Positions 9,874 to 18,997 of a stretch of 64,000 nucleotides of DNA are shown here, piece after piece. The position numbers were made by a program, and so were the translations under genes. The notes beneath the pieces were generated by a model. That model saw only the letters and a list, made by a program, of their open reading frames with translations. It ran no database searches and was not told where the DNA came from. The number at the start of each line of letters is the position of its first letter. The stretch's first letter is position 1. Source of the stretch: an uncultured Terriglobus sp. (lineage in GTDB: Bacteria > Acidobacteriota > Terriglobia > Terriglobales > Acidobacteriaceae); NCBI GenBank assembly GCA_964243585.1, contig CAXTFT010000001.1:681-64680 (forward strand), in the 5' to 3' direction.

Positions 9874-11364
9874 CTACGCCTTTAGATAGGAGCGAATAGT
9901 AGCTCGCGTTCCCTCCTTCGTCAGCGAACGCATGGCTTTCTCAACCGCCTCAACGAAGGCAGCATTCGCGGGCAACTGCTCCCCGAAAATGGATTGGACC
10001 TGCAACAGCGGGCGCGGCGACAGGCCGGACGAAGCTGCAAGGGTGGTCAGCTCTCCGGCGCGCGCGTCGATGATGTCGAGCGGCTGGCCGTGTTCATCCT
10101 TGCCATGGCCGAGATAGAAAATCCAGCTTGCGACCACGAGGCGCAAAAGCTTCGTCTCTCCGCCCCGAGCAATCAGTTCCGTGACCGATGGCAGCAGCCA
10201 CTTGGGATGCTTGGCGGATCCCTCGGAGCAGATGCGCGTTACCTGGTCGTTGATGGTGGGATTGGAGAAGCGCTCCATCAAGGTCTGCTTGTACTCCGTC
10301 ACAGAGGTTCCTGGAATGATGGGAACGACGGGCGTCACCTCTTCCATGAAGGCGGCGATAAAGTCGCGAAAGAGCTCATCGGCCAGAATCTCATGCACGT
10401 AAGTGAAGCCTGCGAGCGCGCCCAGGTAGGCCATAGCGAGATGGCTGCCATTGAGCAGCCGCATCTTCATGATCTCGTAGGGCGCAACGTCCTGGATCAT
10501 CTGCGCGCCCACGGTCTCCCATGCCGGTCTGCCGTTCGAGAAGTGATCTTCGACCACCCACTGGCGAAACGGTTCGGTTACGACGGGCCATGCGTCTTCC
10601 AGTTGAAAGCGCTCGGCGACGAACGCGCGGTCTGCCGCTGTGGTCACCGGTGTAATGCGGTCCACCATGCTGTTCGGAAAGGCGACCTTCTCTGCAATCC
10701 ACTGCTGCAGGGCGGGATTGCTCAGGCCGGTGTAGCCAAGCAACACGCGGCGGGTGATGTCTCCGTTGCCCTGCAGGTTGTCGCACGACATGACTGTGAA
10801 CGCTGGCAGGCCGCGTTGCCGACGCCGGTCCAGCGCCGCAGCAATCAGCCCCATGGAGGTGGTGGGAGCCTCCGCGTGTTGCAGGTCGTGCTGGATCGCG
10901 GGATGGCCGGGAACAAACTCGCCGGTGCCCTCATCCAGGAAGTAGCCGCCCTCGGTGATGGTGAGCGACACGATGCGCGTGGCTGGCGCAGCCATGCGCT
11001 CGATGACGGTCTCGCGTTCGGCAGGCGCGTAGAGCGTGTCGACCAGCGACCCGATCACGCGTGCGGACTGGCCCGCTGCGCTGCGCTCGACGAGCGTGTA
11101 CAGGCAGTCCTGCCCAAGCAGCGCGTCGCGCATGCGATCGTCCGATGCGAGCACGCCGACGCCGCACTCGCCCCAGCGTTCGTTGCCCGGCAGTGCAAGC
11201 AGATCATCCAGGTAGACCGCCTGGTGTGCCCGGTGAAAGCTGCCCACACCGATGTGGACCGTGTGCTGCTGTAACTGTTCGCGCTGGTAAGCCGGTACAC
11301 GAACCCCGGACTGCAGGGAGTGCAGCGTTGCTGCGCTTAGCTTTGTTGCCGTGCTGTTGTTCAT
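9874..11364 (-). CDS. mtlK: Mannitol 2-dehydrogenase family protein
   Basis: VHIGVGSFHRAHQA, SLTITEGGY, SCDNLQGNG, FPNSMVDRITP, EPFRQWVVED, KMRLLNGSH (MtlK in Rhodobacter nomenclature, MtlD in Pseudomonas). Confidence 0.93.
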   Translation of the reverse strand: MNNSTATKLSAATLHSLQSGVRVPAYQREQLQQHTVHIGVGSFHRAHQAVYLDDLLALPGNERWGECGVGVLASDDRMRDALLGQDCLYTLVERSAAGQSARVIGSLVDTLYAPAERETVIERMAAPATRIVSLTITEGGYFLDEGTGEFVPGHPAIQHDLQHAEAPTTSMGLIAAALDRRRQRGLPAFTVMSCDNLQGNGDITRRVLLGYTGLSNPALQQWIAEKVAFPNSMVDRITPVTTAADRAFVAERFQLEDAWPVVTEPFRQWVVEDHFSNGRPAWETVGAQMIQDVAPYEIMKMRLLNGSHLAMAYLGALAGFTYVHEILADELFRDFIAAFMEEVTPVVPIIPGTSVTEYKQTLMERFSNPTINDQVTRICSEGSAKHPKWLLPSVTELIARGGETKLLRLVVASWIFYLGHGKDEHGQPLDIIDARAGELTTLAASSGLSPRPLLQVQSIFGEQLPANAAFVEAVEKAMRSLTKEGTRATIRSYLKA

Positions 11365-11484
11365 GGAAACTTTCCACCTATTCTGCATCTGTCATTCCGC
11401 GGCAAAGCGGAGAGGTCTGCTTACATTTAGCTTAGTTCTGGCATGCAAGAACAGGATTCTTGTCGCTCTTACGACGGACGAGAG

Positions 11485-12561
11485 CTAAGGAATGCGACTG
11501 CCGCTTGCATCGAAGAGGTGCAGAAAATCCAGGTCGGGTGCGACCTGCACCTGCTGTTCCGGCACAGCCTTGCTCTCGCCGTTCACCTTCACGACCAGTG
11601 CCTCACCGGAACTTGCCTGGAGATAGAGATAGCTTTCGCCGCCAAGCTGCTCCACTGCCTGCACCTCTGCGGCAATGCTTCCAGTTGTCGTCAGAGTCAT
11701 GTGTTCCGGCCGAATGCCAAGGGTGACCTTGTCTCCGGCAGCGAGCGCAGAGGTCCGCTGGGGCGCATGGAGGGCCGTGCCGTCACCGAGCGCCAGCACC
11801 AGGCCTGCATCGCTTGCGCTCTGCACCGTCGCAAGCAGAAAGTTCATGCGCGGCGAGCCAATGAAGCCTGCCACAAAAAGGTTCGTCGGCTGCCGGTACA
11901 GTTCCATGGGCGTGCCCACCTGTTCCACCGAGCCGGCCTGCAGCACCACGATGCGGTCGGCCATGGTCATCGCTTCCACCTGGTCGTGGGTCACGTAAAT
12001 CATGGTTGCGCGAAGTTCCCGGTGCAGCCTGGTCAACTCTTGCCGCATGCGGACGCGCAGTGCCGCGTCAAGGTTTGAAAGCGGTTCGTCGAAAAGAAAG
12101 ACCTTGGGATGCCGGACAATGGCCCGGCCAATCGCGACGCGCTGCCGCTGCCCGCCGGACAGGTCCTTTGGCTTGCGACCGAGCAACGGCTCCAGGTGCA
12201 GGATGCGTGCGGCTTCCATCACCTTGGTATCGCGTTCGACTTTGGGCACGCCGGCCAGCTTCAGGCTGAACGACATGTTGTCCGCCACGGTCATGTGCGG
12301 GTACAGGGCGTAACTCTGGAAGACGAGTGCCAGGCCACGCTTTGCGGGAGGCACATCGTTGACACGCTGTCCGTCGATCTGCAACTCGCCCGAAGTAATC
12401 GCTTCCAGTCCCGCGATCATGCGCAGCAGGGTGGATTTGCCACAGCCGGACGGGCCCACGAAGACGGTCAGTTCCTGGTCGTGTAGGGTGAGATCGACAC
12501 CCTTGATGATCTCGGTCGAGTCGTAGCTCTTGCGGATCTGCCGGAGTTCTACCTTTGCCAT
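11485..12561 (-). CDS. smoK: Polyol/sugar ABC transporter ATP-binding protein (MalK-type, TOBE domain)
   Basis: GPSGCGKST, LSGGQRQRVAIGRA, FLFDEPLSNLD, YVTHDQVEAMTM, GFIGSPRMN. Confidence 0.92.
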   Translation of the reverse strand: MAKVELRQIRKSYDSTEIIKGVDLTLHDQELTVFVGPSGCGKSTLLRMIAGLEAITSGELQIDGQRVNDVPPAKRGLALVFQSYALYPHMTVADNMSFSLKLAGVPKVERDTKVMEAARILHLEPLLGRKPKDLSGGQRQRVAIGRAIVRHPKVFLFDEPLSNLDAALRVRMRQELTRLHRELRATMIYVTHDQVEAMTMADRIVVLQAGSVEQVGTPMELYRQPTNLFVAGFIGSPRMNFLLATVQSASDAGLVLALGDGTALHAPQRTSALAAGDKVTLGIRPEHMTLTTTGSIAAEVQAVEQLGGESYLYLQASSGEALVVKVNGESKAVPEQQVQVAPDLDFLHLFDASGSRIP

Positions 12562-12576
12562 GACGCGCCCACCTTT

Positions 12577-13401
12577 CTATTTCACCGCGCCAAAGGTAAG
12601 GCCGCGCACCAGCTGCTTTTGACTTGCCCAACCCAGAACCACGATGGGCGCAATCGCCATGGTAGACGCCGCGGAAAGCTTGGCGTAGAAGAGCCCCTCC
12701 GGGCTGGAGAACGAGGCAATGAACGCCGTCAGCGGAGCGGCCTTCGATGTGGTGAGCGTCAGGCTCCAGAACGCTTCGTTCCAGGTAAGAATGATCGCAA
12801 GCAGGCTGGTGGAGACAATGCCCGGCATCGAGAGCGGCAGCAAGAGGTTGTAGACTTCGCGCAGCGGCCCGGCGCCGTCCATGCGCGCCGCTTCCAACAC
12901 CTCGCGTGGCACATCTTTGAAGAAAATGTACAGCATCCAGACCACAATGGGCAGGTTGCCAAGCGCGTCGACGACCAGGAGGCCAATGCGCGTATCGAGC
13001 AGGCCCGTATCGCGGAACAGCAGGTAGACCGGCACAAGTGCGCCCACTGCCGGCATCATTTTGGTCGACAGCATCCAGAGCAATGTGCCGCGGGTGCGCC
13101 GCGTGGGCATGAACGCCATGGCGTACGCCGCCGGTATGGCCAGCAGCAGCGCCAGTACCGTGGAACCCAGGGCAACGACCACGCTGTTCCAGAAAAATTG
13201 CAGGTACTTTGCCTGCTCCTGCACGGCGATGTAGTTCTCCAGCGTTGCGTGCGAGAACAGATGCGGCACGCGCGAGATCGCTTCCGTCTCGGTTTTGAAG
13301 CTGGTCAGCACCATCCAGATCACTGGGGTGGCAATCAGCAGGGCCACGGTCCATCCCAGCAGGGTCATGGCAAGCTTGCGCGGTGTTGCGGTAGAGGTCA
13401 C
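12577..13401 (-). CDS. smoG: Polyol ABC transporter permease
   Basis: GTG start at 13401; WMLSTKMMPAVG, EAA loop EAARMDGA, KQLVRGLTFGAVK. Confidence 0.88.
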   Translation of the reverse strand: MTSTATPRKLAMTLLGWTVALLIATPVIWMVLTSFKTETEAISRVPHLFSHATLENYIAVQEQAKYLQFFWNSVVVALGSTVLALLLAIPAAYAMAFMPTRRTRGTLLWMLSTKMMPAVGALVPVYLLFRDTGLLDTRIGLLVVDALGNLPIVVWMLYIFFKDVPREVLEAARMDGAGPLREVYNLLLPLSMPGIVSTSLLAIILTWNEAFWSLTLTTSKAAPLTAFIASFSSPEGLFYAKLSAASTMAIAPIVVLGWASQKQLVRGLTFGAVK

Positions 13402-13420
13402 GGTCGCCTTCGTTCTCCCT

Positions 13421-14323
13421 TTAGGTGTCCAGATTGCGCGCAAAGGATCGCAGCAGAAAGAACGCCAGCACGTTGGCCAGCACAATGGCAAGCAGCCCGG
13501 CAACGGCCGCACCGCCGATGTCGTACTCCATCAGCACGTAACGGTAGATCAGAAACGAAAGATTGGTGGACGCAAAGCCCGGGCCGCCCGACGTGGTCAC
13601 GTAGATTTCCGCGAAGATTCCCAGGATAAAGATGGTTTCAATCATCGTCGTCGCAGCCACTGCGCGGCCAAGGTGCGGCCAGATGATGTAGCGGAACATG
13701 GCAAGGGCACCGGCACCATCCATGCGCGCGGCCTCCTTCCGCTCCGGGTCGAGCGACTGCACGGCGGTCAGCAGCGTCAGCACGGCAAAGGGCAGCCACT
13801 CCCACGACACGATGACGATGATCGAAGTCAGCGGTGCGACGGCGAACCAGTCAATCGGCTTCAAGCCGACCGAGCGCATCGCAAAGGCCAGCAAGCCGTT
13901 GTCCGGATGCATCATCATGTTCTTCCAGAGCAGGGCGCTCACGGTAGGCATGACGAAGAACGGGGCCAGGATCAGCACACGCGCAACGCCGCGGCCGTAG
14001 AACTCCTGATCGAGCAGGATGGCGATGAGCGTACCGAGACCGATGGTGATGACCAGCACGGAGCCGAGCAGCAAAACCGTGTTCCACACCGCAAGCCCGA
14101 GCCCCGGATCGCTCAGTAAATACCGGTAGTTGCCGAGACCATCAAAGCCGACGCGGCCCGGGTTCATCAGATTGTAGCGGCGCAATGAGAACCACAGCGT
14201 TGCGACAAGCGGCAGTACTGACCAGAGCAGCAGCATGACAATTGCCGGGAGCGTCAGCCAGCGGCCATCGCTTCTATGGTTATCAGAGCCGGTCAGCGCT
14301 ATCGCATTCGGCTGGGTTCTCAT
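13421..14323 (-). CDS. smoF: Polyol ABC transporter permease
   Basis: PFFVMPTVSALLWKNM, WEWLPFA, EAARMDGA, IYVTTSGGPG. Confidence 0.88.
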   Translation of the reverse strand: MRTQPNAIALTGSDNHRSDGRWLTLPAIVMLLLWSVLPLVATLWFSLRRYNLMNPGRVGFDGLGNYRYLLSDPGLGLAVWNTVLLLGSVLVITIGLGTLIAILLDQEFYGRGVARVLILAPFFVMPTVSALLWKNMMMHPDNGLLAFAMRSVGLKPIDWFAVAPLTSIIVIVSWEWLPFAVLTLLTAVQSLDPERKEAARMDGAGALAMFRYIIWPHLGRAVAATTMIETIFILGIFAEIYVTTSGGPGFASTNLSFLIYRYVLMEYDIGGAAVAGLLAIVLANVLAFFLLRSFARNLDT

Positions 14324-14326
14324 GAT

Positions 14327-15655
14327 TTAGCGCTCCACGCCCATGCGGTCGATAACCCGTTGCGTTGCGGCCTGAGCTTTCCGCAGGCTCTCATCGACGG
14401 ACAAATTGCCAACCAGTGCGGCTGCGATCAACTGCCCTACCTGGTTGCCGATGGTGGGGAACGCCGGCAGCACGATGCACTGAATGCCCGTATACGGCAC
14501 GGGCTTAAGCGTCGGATGCAGCGGATCGGCGGCCATGATGGATTGGTACACGAGATCTGCGAACGGCGCGCTGGCAAGGTACTCTGGCTGCTGGTACGTG
14601 GATCGGCGCGTGCCCGGAGGCACGGCGGCCCAGCCGTACCTCTGTGCCACCAAGCGGATGTATTCCCTGGACGTGGCCCACTGCACAAACTTGGCCGCAG
14701 CCTCCGCGTGGTGCGTCGCCGCGGGTACGCCCAGTCCCCAGAACCAGAGCCATTGTGAACCCTGCGGCGTGACCGCGACAGGTGCGGGTGCAAAACCAAC
14801 GGTGGTCGCGACCAACGACTGCTTCGGATTGGAGAGCGTTCCAGCCGCGACTGTTGCATCGATCCACATGCCGCAGCGACCGTTCTCGAACAGCGTCAGC
14901 GACTCGTTGAAGCCGTTGGAACTGCTGCCCGGCGGACCGTACTTCTGCAAGAGGTCCACGTAAGCCGCAATGGCCTTGTGCCACTCGGGCGAGTCCAGTT
15001 GCGGCTTCCAGTTTTCGTCGAACCAGCGGCCGCCGAAGGTGTTCGCAACTGTTCCAATGAATCCCATGTTCTCGCCCCAGCCGGGCTTTCCTCGCAGGCA
15101 GATCCCGTATGTGCCGTTTGAGGGATTGTGCAGCGCCTTGGCAAAGCGTGTGATGTCGTCATAGGTGGGCCGCGCAGGCATCTGCAGCCCTGCTGCTGCG
15201 AACAGGTCCTTGCGGTAATACGTCAGGGAGCTCTCCGCATAGAACGGCAGAGCATACAGGTGCCCCCGGTCTGAGGCAGCATCGCGGATCGGCTTCAACA
15301 GATCGTTGATGTCGTACTCCCCTGTGACCCTGCCTTCCAGCGACAACAACCATCCGCGCCTGCCCCAAATGGGCGCTTCCAGCGGGCCTATGGTGACCAC
15401 ATCGTACTGACCGCCATGTGTCGCCGCGTCTGTCGTGGTCTTTTGGCGAAGGATATTCTCTTCCAGCACCACCCAGTCCAGCTTGATGTCCGGGTGCTGA
15501 CGCTCAAATTCCGAGGAAAGGCGCTGCATGACGATCATGTCCCCGTTATTGACAGTGGCGATGGTCAGGGTGGTCTGCGCGTGAACGAGAAGTACAGTGC
15601 AGCTGAGCCAAATCGTGCCAATCCAGGCGCACATACGGCCAAGACGCTTTGACAA
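14327..15655 (-). CDS. smoE: Sorbitol/mannitol ABC transporter substrate-binding protein
   Basis: Likely TTG start after GAGGAGG; TIATVNNGDMIVMQ, LEENILRQK, PFYAESS, GICLRGKPGWGENM, MWIDAT, PVPYTGIQ typical of SmoE/MtlE. Confidence 0.88.
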   Translation of the reverse strand: MSKRLGRMCAWIGTIWLSCTVLLVHAQTTLTIATVNNGDMIVMQRLSSEFERQHPDIKLDWVVLEENILRQKTTTDAATHGGQYDVVTIGPLEAPIWGRRGWLLSLEGRVTGEYDINDLLKPIRDAASDRGHLYALPFYAESSLTYYRKDLFAAAGLQMPARPTYDDITRFAKALHNPSNGTYGICLRGKPGWGENMGFIGTVANTFGGRWFDENWKPQLDSPEWHKAIAAYVDLLQKYGPPGSSSNGFNESLTLFENGRCGMWIDATVAAGTLSNPKQSLVATTVGFAPAPVAVTPQGSQWLWFWGLGVPAATHHAEAAAKFVQWATSREYIRLVAQRYGWAAVPPGTRRSTYQQPEYLASAPFADLVYQSIMAADPLHPTLKPVPYTGIQCIVLPAFPTIGNQVGQLIAAALVGNLSVDESLRKAQAATQRVIDRMGVER

Positions 15656-15905
15656 TCTCAACCTCCTCTCTGAGGACGCGAACGCATGTTGCACCTGTTG
15701 ATGGAACCGTGTTCGCAGCCTGCCAGATGACAAGCGCTCTTTGACTTAGGACGCGGCATGAGGGAAGGTTCTGACAAGTCATAACTTTAGCCTCAAACCC
15801 TGACTGCGTCTAACTAACTTCTGGTTTCTCTTGGAGTCCTCAAATTGCTTGCTCAGAAGTTAGGCGCACGCCCTGTAGCTTCACTGGAGCGATCTCTCAA
15901 CGTCG

Positions 15906-17024
15906 TCAGTTGGCCTTCTTCTTCGGATGAGCAACCAGGTTGGCCACCGCTTCCTGTAACTTTTGCTGGCTGGCGTTGTCGGCGGGCAGAGCCTTAGGCT
16001 GGAGGGCTGGCAGCAGGTTGTTCCAGATGGCGTCCAGTTCTCCTTGCATGTTGCCGGTATCGGCAGTGATCGCGACTACCACGTCCTGATCGGGCATGAC
16101 GACTATGAACTGCCCACCTGCTCCATCCGCACGAAAAGCGTTGTGGCGGCATCTCCAGAACTGGAAGCCATATCCTTCCTTCCAGTCGGCGCCAATCTGC
16201 GCATGGCTTTCTTTTTCATTCTCAATTTGTTTAGAGGTGGCCTGCTCAACCCACTTGCGCGGCACCAATTGCTTGCCATTCCACTTGCCCTTCTGCAAGT
16301 AGAGCTGGCCAAGTTTAGCGATGTCCTCCGTACGCAGGTACAGACCGTAGCCGCCAAGGGAGTTGCCCTCCGGGCTCGCATCCCAGCGGGCACTTGCAAT
16401 GCCAAGCGGCCCAAAGATGCGAGGCTTTAGGTAGTCAAGCGTCGTTTGACCGGTCACCTTAGTGATAATCGAGGACAGTACGTAGGTGCCCATCGTGTTG
16501 TAAAGGAAGTGGGTACCCGGCTGGTAGACAACGGGCTGAGCAAGAAACTGCTTTACGGAAGGGCCGCCCTCCCTGCCGGGTTCAACGGCATGGCCCCCAG
16601 ACATGGTGAGCAGGTCACGCACTGTCATTGCCTGGAGGTTGGCAGACGGTTGCGGCGGAGCATCCGCTGGAAAGAACTTCAAGACGCGATCTTCAAGCTT
16701 CAGCTTGTGCTGATGAATCGCGAGTCCAACGGCGGTGGAAGTAAAGCTCTTGCTCACCGAGTTCAAGACATGAGGCGTGTCGGCCGCGTTCGGCTTCCAC
16801 CAGCCTTCGGCGATCACCTTGCCATGCCGCACGATCATGAAGCTATCAAAGGTGTTGACGTTCTTGTCTGCGGCTTCGACAAAGGCTGTGATGGCCTGTG
16901 AAGGCACACCTTCAGCCTCCGGGGTGCTTCTAGGCAGCGGTCCGCTCTGTTCCTGCGCCATGCAGGTGCAGCCAAGCAGAACGGAAAGGCCAACTGCCGC
17001 AAGGTGAAATCGATTTTTCAGCAT
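15906..17024 (-). CDS. Secreted serine hydrolase (beta-lactamase class C/esterase fold)
   Basis: Signal peptide; LPRSTPEAEGV, SxxK (SVSKS), PGTHFLYNT, YGFQFW, RADGAGGQ. Confidence 0.88.
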   Translation of the reverse strand: MLKNRFHLAAVGLSVLLGCTCMAQEQSGPLPRSTPEAEGVPSQAITAFVEAADKNVNTFDSFMIVRHGKVIAEGWWKPNAADTPHVLNSVSKSFTSTAVGLAIHQHKLKLEDRVLKFFPADAPPQPSANLQAMTVRDLLTMSGGHAVEPGREGGPSVKQFLAQPVVYQPGTHFLYNTMGTYVLSSIITKVTGQTTLDYLKPRIFGPLGIASARWDASPEGNSLGGYGLYLRTEDIAKLGQLYLQKGKWNGKQLVPRKWVEQATSKQIENEKESHAQIGADWKEGYGFQFWRCRHNAFRADGAGGQFIVVMPDQDVVVAITADTGNMQGELDAIWNNLLPALQPKALPADNASQQKLQEAVANLVAHPKKKAN

Positions 17025-17058
17025 GACTTCTCATTCGCTCCTGGTCTTCTTGGCTTGC

Positions 17059-18840
17059 TCATTCGGCGGAAAACACATGGTACGAGCCTGGATTCAACGG
17101 CATCTCAAAAGCGATCTGCCCATTACGTTCGCTCCCCGTCAACAATACCCCAGACCGCAGATCGCGCAGCTTCGTAATGCGCTTGTCCGTGAGGACGACC
17201 GCCTTTATGGGGTCTGGCCGGAACGATTCGACGATGAACTTATCGTTGTCGTAGACATACAGGCTGACCTGGCTGACAGTGTCGAGCCGCACGAACATGT
17301 CCCTCGCGAGGACTTCACGGATCCCGCTCAGAACGGGTTGCGGATAACTGTAAAGATCGCCCACTGCATTTGGGATTGTAAGAACATAAAGCAGTCCTTT
17401 CGAGTATTTCGCTTTGAGAAGAACGGGATTTCCTGACGTTCTCGACCCGGACGTATAAGCGTCAAGAACGGAACCGGCATCATTGGTGAAGTAAGTGATT
17501 TGCGGAAGAAGTATTTCAGATTCAGATTTAACACCATCGAACTTCTTCGCCGCCATGAACTCGTGCGTCGAGACAGTGCGACCGGTGTAGACCAAATCCG
17601 AGATGTCTTCAATACCCTTTCCCTGCAGCACCTTGAGCAAGCCTGAGGTGATGACTACCGTCTTTGCGTCCGTCAGTTGCTTCTTGATCTTGGAAACAAT
17701 CGCCGGGTCGAAGGCGGCCTGTTCAGTAAGCAGCACTGTTTGTGCCTCGGTAGGAAACTCGGGAACGATTTCCATGGGGATACCGATCATGCCCAGGTAA
17801 CTTGGAAGATAATCCTCCCCCGAGGAGTGGTAAGGCTTGTATGTCTTCAGGCCAACAGGACTGCCAAGCTTTCCGATGAATTGGTCTACGTCTTCGAAGA
17901 CCGAACCGGCGATGCGACCCAACCTTGAATCTGGCACCATGGTTCCGTCGGCGCGCATGGAAGGCTCATACTGGGTATAGATGGGCCATAGGGTAATCTC
18001 AGGCAGCTTGGCGAAGAGAGTGATCCAGAGCTGCTCGGCGTACCGATTGGGAATGTCGCTCCCGCCTGCGTCGACCCACCCACCACGATTGTTATGGTTC
18101 AGGTTGGTCAGGTAGCGCGAGATGGAATAGCCGTGATATTGCTGGATCTTCATCGGGTTATTCACCGGATCGCGGGTTTCTGTGCCGGTGTAAATACCAT
18201 CGAAGTACTTTGGCTGCGTCTCCAGATTGAAGCCGGTCTCCTGGAAGTGGTCATACCACTGCGGATACTTGATGATGACCTTGACTTTGGGATTAACTTC
18301 TTTGGCGGCCTCCACCAGTTCTCGTCCTACCTTGTCCATGAGTGCAAGCCGGTACTGGCTCCAGCTTTGGCTGCCCTTGTCGGCGATGGCGGCATCCGTC
18401 TTGCAATTGGTGAAGCCCCAGTCGTCGAAGAGTATCTCGTCAAAGTTCCTTGCGGTGAACTGGATGATCTCCTTCGCCTTCGCACGCTGGACCGGGTCGG
18501 AGTAGCAGAACGTTACGCCATTATGTTCGTCCACCGTCCAGGTGATCCCGGCGGAGACCTTCAAGCCCTTGCCTGTGAAGAACTTCTTTGCAGCGTCCAG
18601 GCTTGCTTGATCGGCGATGATCAGGTCCCGTGAGGTCTCAAGATAGATCTTGTCATATCTAACGTACTTCGCAAGGGCTTCCCATCGGCCCTGCAGGTAC
18701 CCGGCGTCGTTCATGTGCACGACATCGCGCACGGTGGCGTAGACAGCCACGTCGAAGTTCTTGTAATTCTTACCGCTTGCGAACGCGCAGATCGAAAACA
18801 GAAGCGGAAGGTAAACGGCGCGTTTAAGATACCGGATCAT
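17059..18840 (-). CDS. Secreted putative glycoside hydrolase (TIM-barrel; GH165-like by recollection)
   Basis: 593 aa with signal peptide; KIYLETSR, FCYSDP, ILFDDWGFTNC, IIKYPQWYDHF, IYTGTETRDP. The ORF is solid; the family assignment is tentative. Confidence 0.55.
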   Translation of the reverse strand: MIRYLKRAVYLPLLFSICAFASGKNYKNFDVAVYATVRDVVHMNDAGYLQGRWEALAKYVRYDKIYLETSRDLIIADQASLDAAKKFFTGKGLKVSAGITWTVDEHNGVTFCYSDPVQRAKAKEIIQFTARNFDEILFDDWGFTNCKTDAAIADKGSQSWSQYRLALMDKVGRELVEAAKEVNPKVKVIIKYPQWYDHFQETGFNLETQPKYFDGIYTGTETRDPVNNPMKIQQYHGYSISRYLTNLNHNNRGGWVDAGGSDIPNRYAEQLWITLFAKLPEITLWPIYTQYEPSMRADGTMVPDSRLGRIAGSVFEDVDQFIGKLGSPVGLKTYKPYHSSGEDYLPSYLGMIGIPMEIVPEFPTEAQTVLLTEQAAFDPAIVSKIKKQLTDAKTVVITSGLLKVLQGKGIEDISDLVYTGRTVSTHEFMAAKKFDGVKSESEILLPQITYFTNDAGSVLDAYTSGSRTSGNPVLLKAKYSKGLLYVLTIPNAVGDLYSYPQPVLSGIREVLARDMFVRLDTVSQVSLYVYDNDKFIVESFRPDPIKAVVLTDKRITKLRDLRSGVLLTGSERNGQIAFEMPLNPGSYHVFSAE

Positions 18841-18997
18841 GTGATCACTCCTGGATTTTTACGAACCAAGAAGGCGCGCAAACTGTGTCGTCGCCCACAG
18901 GCTCTTGCCCGCTTCAGGTCGTTGTGACTACGAAGGACATCTTTGAACCCGAGACCTTGGCGCTTGAAGACGATACAGATGTAGTGTTGGTCACCAG

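Noticed and set aside
9994-13629. Long alternative ORFs (9994..11274 +, 12068..13354 -, 12619..13629 +)
   Set aside because: Shadow frames of well-supported high-GC genes with no motifs
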